A DNA stretch of 63,859 nt, filler included, from Chrysochromulina tobinii (Eukaryota), in the NCBI GenBank assembly GCA_001275005.1. It is 9 parts of 9 records of this genome, joined end to end, with 100 filler letters (N's around TTAATTAATTAA, not from the genome) between each part and the next. Parts side by side here need not be neighbours in the genome. Positions count along the whole stretch, not along the records: positions 1 to 15,403 come from JWZX01000001.1; positions 15,504 to 25,621 come from JWZX01000002.1; 7 more parts are not named here. One strand, written 5' to 3'. Positions 10,321-22,500 of the stretch are shown piece after piece (the first letter of the stretch is position 1; every line of letters starts with the position of its first letter). Made by a program: the position numbers and the translations under genes. The notes beneath the pieces are model-generated. The model made no database searches and was not told the DNA's origin. It saw only the letters and a program-made list of their open reading frames with translations.

Positions 10321-13300
10321 TTGAAAATGTTCGTCGAGAGTAAGACCATCAACACGTCATTTAGGAATCCATCAATGGCGTTTCTGAAAGTGCGTATTGA
10401 ATGGGGCCCGCCCTCACCGTCAGCACCACCGCCCCCGCTCGTGTGCAACTTCGTCGTGGGCGATGGCTTCGGCGCCGCCGCCGCATCGGAGACGAACACC
10501 GGGTCTTCCTATGGCTCTGGACTAGACTGCGCCGTAGCGGTTCGCAACAGGTACCCTCTCGGCGCCACCAACGGCCCCGGGGGCGTGTGCTGGGCCGAGT
10601 TTGGCATGCATAGCAGCAACCCTGCCTGGATAAATTGGAGCGCGTGCCTTTTCGGCGGCTGGCCGTCATCCCAGCCATCGCCCGCCACCTTCACCCTGTC
10701 GCGGCCGCCACCTATCTCACCCTCGCCACCGCCCCCGCTCGTGTGCAACTACTTCGTGGGCTGGAGCGAAAGCGCATCTTTTGAGTACCTCGGGAACTCC
10801 TTTGGCTCTGGGCTCGACTGCGCCGTAGCGGTTCGCACCAGGTACCCTCTCGCCAACGGCGCCAGCTACCAACCCCCCGCCCACCATTGTGGTTTGGATA
10901 GAACCGACACTAACAATATGATCAATTGGCGCACGTGCCTCTTCGGCGGCTGGCCGTCACCCCAGCCATCGCCTCCGCCACCTTCACCCTCGCGGCCGCC
11001 ACCCATCTCACCCTCGCCACCGCCACCGTCGCCCTCGCCGCCGCCCCCGTCCCCGCCGCCTTCGCCGCCACCTCCATCACCATCGCCGCCGCCGCCAGCG
11101 CCCCCGCCGCCCTCCGACCAGGTGGACGACACGTTCAAGGTGTCTGCCCACGATAAGCGCGTGGTGCTTGGCGAGAAGGCCAAGGGCGGCGACAATGCGC
11201 TCGAGCTGCACAAGTTCCTGGAGGCGATCGTGATGCTCGCGTTCGCCAAGGCGAACCCGAAGTTTGGCACGGTCGGGAACAATGCGTCGGCCGAGATCCC
11301 GCTGCCCGGCTGCCTCGAGACGCTGCTCAAGAAGCACCTGCTCGCGAAGGCGAAGACGGGCACGCTCGCCAAAGAGAAGAAGATGATCGAGAAGGACCCG
11401 GAGGTGCAGCTGGTGCTGCGTCCGCGCAAGGCGCAGCTCAAGGTGTGCTTCAAGAAGTTGGCCAAGTCGGACTCGACGATGACGGCGGGCTCGACGCTGC
11501 TGATGTCGATGGAGAAGTTCCGCTACGACCTGGTCGAGCGCAAGGTGACCGATGGCATTATGGTGGACCCGACGCCAATCGTAAAGGGCGTGCCTCTGCC
11601 GCGGCGCCACTCGAACCTGTCGTGGCTCGATTCCAAGGGCGTGTTCGTGACGTGCCAGAGCGCCGACGATGCTGGCGATGACGCCCAGATGGTGACATTC
11701 GTCGAGTTCGTCGTGTGCCTCGGGCTGTGCGGCCACATCAAGTACGAGGAGATTACGAAGATGAACCTGCCGCAGCGCGTGGACGGCATCATCGCCAACT
11801 ACCTGGGCGAGAAGGAAGAGCACGCGGTGATCACCGCGCCTCCCATGGAGCGCTTCACGCCGCCCGCGCTCTCGAGCGGGCTCGACAGCAGGTGGCTGGC
11901 AACTTGGCAGAAGATGGATCTGTCGCACGTCTTCGGCTTCCCGGTGTGGGAGAAGGAAGTGTACGAGCTGCTCGAGGGCTCCATCAAGGAGCTGCGCTTG
12001 ATCTTCACCCAGTACTTCAAGGTGGGCACGGCCTGCTCGAGCTCGGCCCACGCCGCCGAGACGATGCAGCAATCGGAGCTCATCAACCTCGCGCTCGATT
12101 GCATGCAGCAATCGGAGCTCATCAACCTCGCGCTCGATTGCGGCATCGCTTCCGAGGCTTTCCTGATGGCGCGCGTTCTCAGGATATTCGAGCATGCCGA
12201 CCAGGAGGACGCCCTGGATATGTCGATGCCCAAGCCGGCCAAAGGTGATAAGCGCGCAAAAAAGGCTACAGATGGCAATCTGGAGCTGCAGATGGCAATC
12301 TGGAGATGGAGATGGAGCAATGTCGATGGCAATCTGGAGCTGCACGAGTTCCTAACGGTCGTCGTGATGCTCGCCTTCCAGCTCCTAACGGTGGTCGTGA
12401 TGCTCGCCTTCCAGCGAGCCAACCCTCGCTTTGGCGAGGTGGGCTACACCGACGCGGCGTCGGTCGCCAATCCCTTCCCCGGCTGCCTCGAGGCGCTGCT
12501 CCGCAAGTCGCTGCTGCCGAGCGCGAAGCGCGACGGCGTTGCGTCCATCAAGGCGGCGATCCATGACGACCCCGACGTTCAGGTGGCCCTGTGGTCGTAC
12601 AAGGTCAACCTGGCCAAGCGCTGGAAGCCGCACGCAAAGTGCGACTCGCTCACGCGAGACATCGTGATGGCCCACGACGAAATCGAGCTGTCGTCAGCCG
12701 TTGACGAAGCGCGTGGCGGGGCCCCACCGCGAGACATCGTGATGGCCCACGACGTCGTCCGCAAGGACCCCCCAAAGGGCCTCAAGATGTCGGTTGGCTT
12801 CGCGATTAGGTCGACGAACAATCGATCCTACCGAAGCAGGTGCTTCGCATTGGCCTTGCTAGTCCTCTGTGCCCCGCAGGTGAGTGCCATGGCGACGACG
12901 ACACCACCCGATAGCGAGGGGGCTGGTGCGCCTGGGGCAGAGTCGGCGCAGGCGCAGCCATTGCGGACGCTTCCGCTCACTCGAGTCTGCGCCGATGAAG
13001 TGAACAGCTTCGCATTTGACTTAAGCGGCGCACCCTTGCCGTGCTCCTACTTTTCAGCACAGCCTTCCGCGTGCGCTTCCTATTCCATCGTGCGGATCAC
13101 TTGCCCGGTCGCGTGTGGCACGTGTACGCTTCCCCCGCCTGGCCCCTCGGGCCTAATGGACTTGGCCGGCGCCACAACGAGCGACCATCCTGTAGCCGGG
13201 CTGTACTCCTTGCAGCTTGTTCCCAGCCATCACCGTGAGCTGCAGACCGCAACACCGCCTCCACCGCCACCGCCCTCCCCACCCTCCTTACCGCCTCCAT

Positions 13301-15403
13301 CGCCCTCGCCGCCGCCGCCCTGCGCGCGCGTTACGCAAATATCCGCTCGTTCTGGTGGTTGTGTGGACTACCTCAGACTGGACTTCGACGATGGTTCATT
13401 CACTGCTTACGGGTCCCAAGGAAATCCAACGACCACATTCAATTTGCTGGCGGGTGAACATCTCGATTCTGTGTCCTGGACTCGATTCCAAGGTGGAGCA
13501 TATTGTCTTCCTGGCTGTGCGGTGACCTTCATTACTTCCTACGGACGCAGTGCCGGCATCAGCGGGTCATGGGGTCCTGCGAACGGCTGTCCTGCGCAAG
13601 CAGTTCAGTTTCCCAGTAACCAACGGCCGATTGTAGGGCTCAACTATTCAGCACCTGATGGGACCTCCATGTCCCAAGTTCTTATCGGTCCAATCACCAC
13701 GGTCTCTGCTTGCGCGGCGTCGCTTCCGCCCTCGCCGCCGCCGCCTTCGCCCTCGCCGCCGCCGCCCTCGCCGTCAGCACCACCGCCCCCGCTCGTGTGC
13801 AACTTCGTCGCGGGCGATGGCTTCGGCGGCGGTGCCGCATCGGAGTTGAACACCGGGTCTTCTTATGGCTCTGGGCTCGAATGCGCCGAAGCGGTCCGCA
13901 CCAGGTACCCTCTCGCCAACGGCGTCACCTACGGCCCCGGGGGCGTGTGCTGGGCCGAGTTTGGCATGCATAGCAGCAACCCTGCCTGGATTAATTGGAG
14001 CACGTGCCTCTTCGGCGGCTGGCCGTCACCCCCACCTTCGCCACCGCCGCCTTCGCCTTCGCCGCCGCCGCCCTCGCCGTCAGCACCACCGCCCCCGCTC
14101 GTGTGCAACTACGTCATGGGCTGGGTCGCCGTCTTTTCGGGGCTTGAGTACCTCGGGGCCCCCTTTGACTCTGGGCTCGACTGCGCCGTAGCAGTCCGCA
14201 CCAGGTACCCTCTCGCCAACGGCGCCGCCAGCCATGGGGGCAACGGCGCCTGCTATGCAGTATCTGGCTTGGTTAGTCTCGACACTAACACAGTTTGGCG
14301 CACGTGCCTCTTCGGCGGCTGGCCGTCACCCCCGCCATCGCTGCCGCCACCGTCGCCCTCGCCGCCGCCCCCGTCCTCGCCGCCTCCGCCATCGCCACCA
14401 CCGTCGCCACCACCACCCTCACCTCCGCCATCACCGCCGCCTCCGTCCCCACCACCATCGCCACCCCCGCCGAGCCCACCACCATCGCCGCCTCCTCCCA
14501 GTCCGCCTCCGTCGCCACCACCTCCCTCACCTCCGCCGTCACCGCCGCCACCCTCGCCGCCACCGTCTCCTCCCCCACCAAGTCCTCCGCCTTCACCGCC
14601 ACCCCCTTCACCACCACCGTCTCCACCACCACCATCGCCACCACCTTCGCCGCCACCTCCGTCCCCTCCGCCTTCGCCTCCACCGCCATCACCGCCGCCC
14701 TCGCCACCTCCTCCAAGCCCACCACCTTCTCCACCACCGCCCAGTCCACCGCCATCGCCTCCTCCTCCTTCGCCACCGCCGTCGCCCCCGCCCCATCACC
14801 GCCGCCTCCTTCGCCACCACCCGACGCCACCACCTTCGCCCCCGCCACCTTCCCCCCCTCCTCCTTCGCCTCCTCCTCCCTCGCCGCCTCCACCTTCTCC
14901 TCCACCGTCTCCTCCACCTCCCATGTGGTGTGACAACGCCTGCGTAGCCACCTTTGGGCGAACCGTGGTCGACGTGAGCTCCGATGGTACTTGCGATGAC
15001 GGAGGTCCGGGGAGTGAGTATCCGTACTGCAAAGTCGGCCACGATTGCGACGACTGTGGCCAGCGTTTCAAGTACCCGCCTTCACCGCCGCCGCCGTCGC
15101 CGCCGCCTCCTTCCCCGCCTCCACCATCGCCCCCACCTCCCTCTCCACCTCCTAGGCCTCCACCGCCTTCACCACCGCCGGAGCCTCCGCCATCGCCTCC
15201 ACCCCCGTCACCCCCACCGATGCCACCTCCTCCATCGCCGCCACCCCCGTTGCCACCTGCACCAGACGGCGGGTACAGCCCGCCTCCGCCCTCGCCGCCG
15301 CCTCCATCGCCACCTCCACCTTCCCCACCCCTCCCCTTCCGCCTCCTCCTTCGCCACCAAGCCCAACGCCACCTCCATCACCGCCGCCGCCTTCGCCTCC
15401 ACC
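10321..15403 (+). CDS. Mosaic SPPP (extensin-like) ORF: Cys-rich modules, EF-hand-like insert, ShK-like and jacalin-like domains; 3' truncated. A real gene may start at ATG 12787
   Basis: Four LVCN...CLFGGWP modules, CPVACGTC motif, jacalin-like RVTQISARSG..VDYLRL segment, long SPPP tracts, signal-peptide-like FALALLVLCAPQVSA after Met 12787. Confidence 0.55.
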
Positions 15404-15503
15404 NNNNNNNNNNNNNNNNNNNNNNNNNNNNNNNNNNNNNNNNNNNNTTAATTAATTAANNNNNNNNNNNNNNNNNNNNNNNNNNNNNNNNNNNNNNNNN
15501 NNN
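15404..15503. other. Artificial contig linker
   Basis: N44-TTAATTAATTAA-N44. Identical linkers at 25622-25721, 28222-28321, 31371-31470, 33497-33596, 48213-48312, 57044-57143 and 60319-60418. Confidence 0.97.
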
Positions 15504-15885
15504 GATGCGCAGCGCCCGCTGCACGTCGCCGAGGGTGTCCGTCCTCTTCTTTGGGCGGTGCCCGGGGGGCTCGTGCTCGGGGGCCTCGTGCGCGGGGGCC
15601 ACGTGCCCGGGCTCCTCGCCGGAGCCGTCCCCGTCCTCGCTCCCCGTGCCGGCTTCGGGCTCCATCGCGGGGCCTTAGCTGCGGCGGCGCAGGTGAATGG
15701 GACGGGAGGACGGCGCAGCGTCCACTGCCGACGGCCGCGCCCGCCCGCCACCGGCAGCTCGCGTCGAGCGACGGCGATGCGTCGCACTGACGCACATCGC
15801 ACTGCGCACCGACGCACAACGCATTGCGCTCTGACGCAAAGCGCGCGCGCTCTGCGCTTCCGACGCAAATCGCACGCGGCTCCGA

Positions 15886-16025
15886 CGCAATTGCGGCAGG
15901 AGAACCGCGCAATTGCGGCTGTTTTTCACGCAATTGCGGCTGATTTTCACGCAATTGCGTCGGAATTCGGACGCAATTGCGTCGGATCTCGGGCGCAATT
16001 GCGTCGGGTTTTGGGCGCAATTGCG
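15886..16025. repeat. Seven phased copies of the palindrome CGCAATTGCG
   Basis: Copies start at 15886, 15908, 15929, 15950, 15972, 15994 and 16016, with variable 11-12 nt spacers. Confidence 0.9.
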
Positions 16026-16089
16026 GCACGATTTGCGTGTGAGTCTTCTCTGACCCCAAAGTCTTCTCTGACCGACCCTTCCTACATCG

Positions 16090-18463
16090 ATGGCGGCCTA
16101 GCGCGTGACCGGGACAAAGAAAGGCGGTTTGCCAGTTGAGGTGCAGAGGCGCAAGCATAACAAGACGGTGACGCTCCTGTCGCTCGCAAACGTGCGCGGT
16201 GACCACCAGCTGCTGCTCAGCCATCTGAAGACGGCCTTGGGCACCGGTGGTGCCATCGTGGACGGCGCCATCGAGCTTCAAGGTGAGCGTGCCGAAGCAC
16301 TGGAGACGTGGCTGATCGCGCACGACGCCATCGAGGGAATGGCCAAGCCCAAGGCGCCAAAAGCGGCCGCATCACCGCCACCGCCACCACCGTCGCAGCC
16401 GACTGGTGCGCACCAGCCAGCCAAGACACGTCCACCCGATCGGGCTTCCCGCCCGGCTTCGACGGCCTACGGCAGATTTGTTGCCCTCTGGAAGTCGTGG
16501 CCCTATTGGGACCATGACTGGTCGCAGCTGCCGCATCGTTGGGAGGCGGCTCAGGCGGCTCCGGCGGCCGGGAACGAAAGCGACCTCGAGGGCGGCAGTG
16601 TCGAAGGCCTCGCCGCAGCGACGGCCGCAGTGCGCGCTTCGGGTGGCTCGGCTCATGAGATGATGGAGGCGGGGCTCCGTGCGCTCGGCATGCTCGCCGA
16701 GCCGAGCTCCTTTCGCCAGAGCCGTGCCGAGCGGGCGCAGCTCCATAAGGCAAACGCCCAGCCGCCCGCGCGGACCTCAGCAGCGATGCACCGACCGGCG
16801 GCGGCGGCGGCCGCAGCCCCCCCCGGGCTTGGATACCCCCCGCAGTGGAGCGCCGTCGCCAGCAGCGCCGCCCACGGATGGCAGAGCCATGGCGGCGGCG
16901 GCGGCGGCCGTGGCGGCGGCGGCCGTGGCGGAGGCCGGGGACACGAAAGCGAGAGCAGCGGCAGCCGTGGGTGCGGTGGCCGAGGGCGCGTTGTGGGCGT
17001 GCGAGCTGGCAGCCACATGCGGCGCGCTCTCAGCCACGGCGCCGTCCCGAGCGTTTCCGGCAAGGGATCGGGCAGCGGCCGGCGGGGCGCTCGGTACGGC
17101 GCTCGGGACGGCGCTCGGGACGGCGCTCGAGGCTTGACGAGCGACGATGAGTGGAGCGACGAGGACGAGGACGAGGACGATGACGATGCGGAATCGTGCC
17201 TGGGTGCGACGCAGTGGCGCCTCAGTGACCACTTACCAGCCGGACCCGGTGCTTCCTCTGTCGCATGGCCGCACCGCGCGGCGCCGTCGTGGGCGGGTCG
17301 TGCCCACGACGGCGCCAATGGTCGTGCCCACGACGGCGCCAACGGCCGGGCCCACGCGGACGAGGAGGACGAGGCACTGCAGCTCGCGCTGGCGCTCTCC
17401 CTCTCCGAAGGCCCCCCCGCCCAAGGCAGGCCGCCCCCGCCCGCGCCGCCGCTCCCACAGCAGCGCCCGCCACAGCGCCCACCAGCACCGTTATTGTCGC
17501 CTGTGCTTGCCGCGATCGAGGTGCGCCTTGAGCAGCAGCGGCGCGCGTACGAGCAGCAGCAGCAGCAGCAGCAGCTCGGGTGTGGCGCTGTGGCGAGCGG
17601 GGTCAGAGGGGCAGCCTCGTCGGCGCCGTCGTGGGCGCCTCCGGAGCGGCGGCCGTTGGTGACGTGCGAGGAGCTGTGGGGAGATCTCGATGAGGAGGAG
17701 GCGCTTGCTTTGGCCATCCGGTTGAGTGTGGAGGCGGAGGCGCGCCGTGACGAGCGTGCCCGGGCAAGGCAGCACGCTACTGCTCATCACGGCGCTACGA
17801 CTCGAGATGCTACAGCTCATGAGGTAGTGGCGGCGGCGGCGGCGGAGGAGGAGGAGAAGGGCGAGGAGGCCCTGGAACGACGAGTGGGACGGAGAGGAGG
17901 AGTGGGAGGAGGAGTGGCAGGAGGAGTGGGAGGACGAAGCGGCGTGGGATGAGGGCGAGGCGTCGTGGGCCGAGGGGGCCAGGGAGGTGGCCTCCATGGC
18001 CGCCCCGAGTCCAACCCTTCCGCCAGGGCTGGCCAGCACGCACACGGCCAATAACAACGGCTTGAGTGATGCGGAGGCGCTCGACACGGCGCTTAATAAC
18101 GGCTTGAGTGATGCGGAGGCGCTCGAGACGGCGCTGTGCTTGTCGAGAGAGGCGGCTGCTCGAGCGTCCCTACCACCTCCGCGCAGCCGGTCGACGCAGG
18201 CCCGGGCAGCAGCCGCCGCAGCCGCAGCCGCGCCGACTTTAACGGCTTGGGCGCTCTCGAGGCTCAAGCAGCTCTCCATGGATGAGCTCGTGGACGCTGA
18301 TGTGTTGATACAGTACGTGCTGGCCATCGAGGACGATGCCGAGGTGACGGAGTTCGTGACGCAATTCTTGGGGGAGCGCGATGAGAGCTTCGCGTTTGCC
18401 CTCGAGCTGTGCGAGCGGCGACGTCAGGAGCAGACAACGGTTGACAATTACACCAAGGTATAG
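16090..18463 (+). pseudogene. SUI1/eIF1-domain + UIM repeats + C-terminal PWI-like domain gene with two apparent lesions (or assembly errors)
   Basis: RRKHNKTVTLL...LKTALGTGG...IELQG (SUI1); EEDEALQLALALSLSE-type UIMs; in-frame TAG at codon 4 after ATG 16090; +1 frameshift near 17871 linking to ORF 17987-18463. Confidence 0.6.
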
Positions 18464-18690
18464 CTACTGAGATCTGAGTATTGTGTACGAACCGTACTAA
18501 CGTGACAGGAGCGACTACAGACACGTGACAGGAGCGACTACAGACTACAGACGGTGCGGCTTTCGACGCGACACTCTGCATAGATGTTTCGCTCGTCTCT
18601 CCCTCTAAGCGTCAGGGAGCGGCCACGCATGCCGGGCCACGACGTCCAACACCGCCACAGTAAAAAACGAAAACCTCCCAAGCCACCCCC

Positions 18691-19500
18691 GTAAGTAAGT
18701 AAGTAAGTAAACGCATGCCTACAGGCAGCGCACATGTGGCGAGGGGGGCACCCCCAGGCATACAAAGCGTGTACGGTGTTCAGCAAACCGAGTGCAGAGG
18801 CTGATGAAAGCCATCAGTCAACACCCGTTTGCGGCTCAAGAGCTGCGGGGTTAGTCACGATCGTGCACTCTCCCTCTCGCCCGATCTCGTAGCCGTGCCC
18901 TCCATTGTTGCAAGTCCCTTTCTCTCTCCTGTCTCTGCCTAATGGCCTCCCGTCGTGCAGCGCGCCTACTCGGCGCTGGCGCTGCTGCCGCGGACCCCGA
19001 ACCAAACAGCTCCGCTTCGAGCCTCCTCGCCTCTTGACGCAGATCCTTCGAGAGGAATGTAACGCTGACCCAGGATTCCTCCCAGAGGTCCCCATCAGAG
19101 TCTTCACCCTCCCATTCCACGAGTACGTCCAGAGGGCGGCCTCGCCGTCCCTCGTGCCGTCGCACCGCCATGATGCGACGCACCGCCCATCGTCCTCCGT
19201 CGTCTGCCTCCTTCATCAGAGGCATTGTACGTTGCGCTTTTTTTGGTCCATGTACTACGTTGTGATCTCCCCATCCGCTGCAGCATCCCCCCCGTAACGG
19301 CTGTAGCCAGCCTGCATCCTGCAGGGCCATAATAACTGTTTCGTTCCCGACCAGTAGATCCGCCAAAGCGCCTGACTCCTTGTGAATCGTCCGCGCGCTT
19401 GCACTGCTCGACCCCACATTCAAAGCACCATCCATCGAACTTGCCCCTACCGTCACACATCGTCCTCGTAGCAGTCGTTCCGTTGCGCGAATGAGGGCCT
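18691..19500 (-). mobile_element. Probable 5'-truncated retrotransposon fragment: chromodomain-like ORF end plus (TTAC)5 tail
   Basis: WAVRRIMAVR...VLVEWEG...WEESWV in ORF 18851-19456, an upstream CFECG motif in another frame, and (GTAA)5 at 18691-18710 on the + strand. Confidence 0.45.
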
Positions 19501-19510
19501 CGCACAGCCT

Positions 19511-22500
19511 TCAAGTTGAAAACTCGCGAATCTCGCCACTGGATAGCCGCAGCCACAGCTCGCGACGCTCGCTTTCGGATAGCCGCGGCCGCAGCTCGCG
19601 AATCTCGCCACTGCTCTCACTGGGAAGAGGCGGTTTCGTGGCGACCACCTTTCCAAAAGTGGAGGAGCTCGATGAGCACATAGGAAGAAGGCACTGGGTG
19701 GCTGGAGCCTGTGGGGTCGTCTTCTTTACCGGGGCCGAAGGCTCGAAGCTGGTAGATTTGCTCGAAGAGCTGAGGCCAATCTTATGAGGCGTCTCCTGGC
19801 CGTTCTGCCTGTTATTCGAGAGGTTCCCGGTGTTGGGGACCTTGTTCAGCATGGATTTGAGCATCCGGTTGCGCATAGCGTGTTTGTACAGGTTCGTCCG
19901 GATACGCTGGCTCGCCCAGGCGTGCGTCTCCAGTTGTTCGAGCGCGAGGATCTGCTCGCGCACGTCGCTTCCGGAGACGGGCGAGGCAGTCGTGGCCACG
20001 CGCAGCATGGACTGCGAGCGGCTCATGTCGTAGCTGAGCAAGCCAAAGGAGACGAAGCTCCAAAAGTCCTGCACCTTCTTGGCCATGGTGTGGAAGAGCA
20101 CGAGAAAGCCCACAAAGCGCTGCAGCGAGGCGAGGCGCGTCTCGTAGAGCACCTGCACATTGCGCTGGCGATCCATCATGTCACCCACACTCGGGTATTC
20201 CGCACGCCGGTGGGGCTTGCGCATCCACGCGCCCACATAAGGCTGCTCGATGGCATGGATGGACATCAGAGCACGCACGGCTGGCGCGGAGTAGTCCAAA
20301 GTGTCCGAGTCGGCGATGTCGTCGAGCATTTGCCTTGTCGAAGCATGCGACTTTGTTTGCAGCTGCGACATCTTGCCCATTAGTGCGGTTGAGCCCCCCA
20401 CCTGCTCGCCTACAGTGTCCAACGTGTCCAAGGGTTGGGCTCGCATCGGTTGCTTGGCGGCAGAAACTACAGCCTTGAGGAGCGCGGCTCTGCGCTGCTT
20501 GAACGATTTGCTTCCGCCGCTTGGCCCGTTTCTGTAGCTCGCCTCGTCGCTATCGTCGGTAACCGTCGAAGGACCGCGCATTCCCGAAGGAGATGTCGAC
20601 GGACCGCGCATTCCCGAAGGAGATGTCGAAGGACCGCGCAATCCCGAAGGAGATGCTGAGGGAGACTCTGAGGTAGAAGCTGGAGAACACGTCGAGCACG
20701 TCCATGGGGCTCCCTGCGAGCGTTGCGTAGATCCCGCGGATGCGGATCCCTGCGAGCGTTGCGTGTCCTCAGGTGTTTGACTCGTACCGTCGCTCGGTGA
20801 AATCGTCCCCATTAGGATCGACAACCCCTTTCCGGTCCGCCGTGCGATCATGGAGCGGATCGAGACGGGCTCCGCGAGATAGTTTGGATTCAGGTTCTGC
20901 TTGACGAAGGACTCGGCGCTGTCGATGGGCTTGTCCCACGCAGCCTCGAGAGCTGCTGTCTTATGGATGCTCGGCAGGTTCAGCTTGCCTTTGGAGCGAG
21001 CTGCCTGGGGCGACTTGGAGTGGATAGCACCGCCGAAGTTTCCATGACGCCGCTGATTCGCAACATCCTCCCCAGGCCAGGCACCCCTCCTGACCCCATT
21101 CGGGGAGACGCCGTTGGAGCCACCGTGGGCGCTCCTATCCTTCGAGGCGGCATCGAGGAGGAGCTCGCACAGAAACTTGGGCCGCACCGTGGGCAGCACG
21201 AGGCACGCGTTGGTGAGATCGATCTTATGCGCGTGATGGCCGAGCGTGAAGCACTCGCAGTTGGCACCCAAGTTCTCGATGGCACACGCCTGGTTGATCG
21301 CGAGATGAATCATCGAATCAGCCGAAGTGAGTCCGTTGAGTCGCGCGTCGGGGCGGCCGATGGCAAGGAGCGAGCCGCGCCGGACGCGATGCGTGAACCT
21401 GTGCACCAGGTGGTCCTGTGGATTCGCCGACCAGACCTGCAGGTCGGCGATCGAGTACGAGAGCGCGAAGAGCTTTGAGAGGAAGGCCTCGGTGCATTGC
21501 GCGACCCACGGGACGTCGCCGATGAGCAGTGTGCGCCCGGCGACCCGATGCATGAGTGGTCTGCCCTGGATCAGCCGCAGACACCACGCCGTCCAAATCG
21601 GGAGGAAGATGTAGATGATCGAATCGAGTACGCCGATTATGTACTGCCACTGCATACGCCCGATCTGGTCGGCGTGCATGGCGCTTGGTATGTTCGCGAG
21701 GCCGTAGGCGAAGGCAGCGGAGAGGGGTGTGGCGCCAATGATGACCGTGGCCGCGATGTAGATGGCGGAGAAGATCCAGCAAGACGCGCTCTCCAGAATG
21801 TGCTGTGCCCAGCGCAGGCCCTGCGCACGCAGCATCTGGTTCGCATCCGTGACGACCGCCTCCACCTCGTTTCCCACCTTGATCATGCGAGCGGTGCGCC
21901 GCTTTTCGAGCCTGGCAAAGAGCTTGAGCGAGAACTCGATGTAGCCCAACTCGAGCAGCACGCCGGCGATGAGCTGGATGAGGCTGTCTATCCACTCGCT
22001 CAGCTGCTTGCCCGTTGGGAAGCAGCAGCACGCCCAGCGCCGGAGGCAACTGCCGCTGCTGGCCGCCGACTCGTCGGACCGGTCGAGACGGTCGATCGGG
22101 TTTCCGTATGTATCGACGTCGTATGCCTTGACGCCGACGATGAGCTCAATGGCGCGCAGGTGGTCGGGAAGGAAGCCGTGGAGCTCTTGCACCTCCTCGC
22201 GCACATGGCTCGCGTGCGTCGTGTCGACGAGGTAGTTCATTGTGAAGAGGAGCACGTGTGAGAGGAGCGAATGCATCGCCACCACCGAAATAGAACACGC
22301 CTCGCTCGTGCGCACGCCCGCAAACGTCGAGAATGTATATGAGGAGAAGCCGGCCTTCCCTCCCCCGCCCACGGGGTTCTTGCGCGCGTTCGCTTCGCGC
22401 ACGGCGCGCCCGATCTGCGTGTCCCACTCCGAGCCCACGATGAACATTTCAGTGGTGACATTCTTGAGGAGGTGGCACACGGAGAGGACTGGGAAGGTGC

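Noticed and set aside
15404..15503. TTAATTAATTAA as a biological motif, and gene neighbourhoods across it
   Set aside because: It is an identical six-frame stop linker inside N runs at every contig join.
15886..16025. Palindrome array as a mini-CRISPR
   Set aside because: Repeats (10 nt) and spacers (11-12 nt) are far too short, and the spacers resemble each other.
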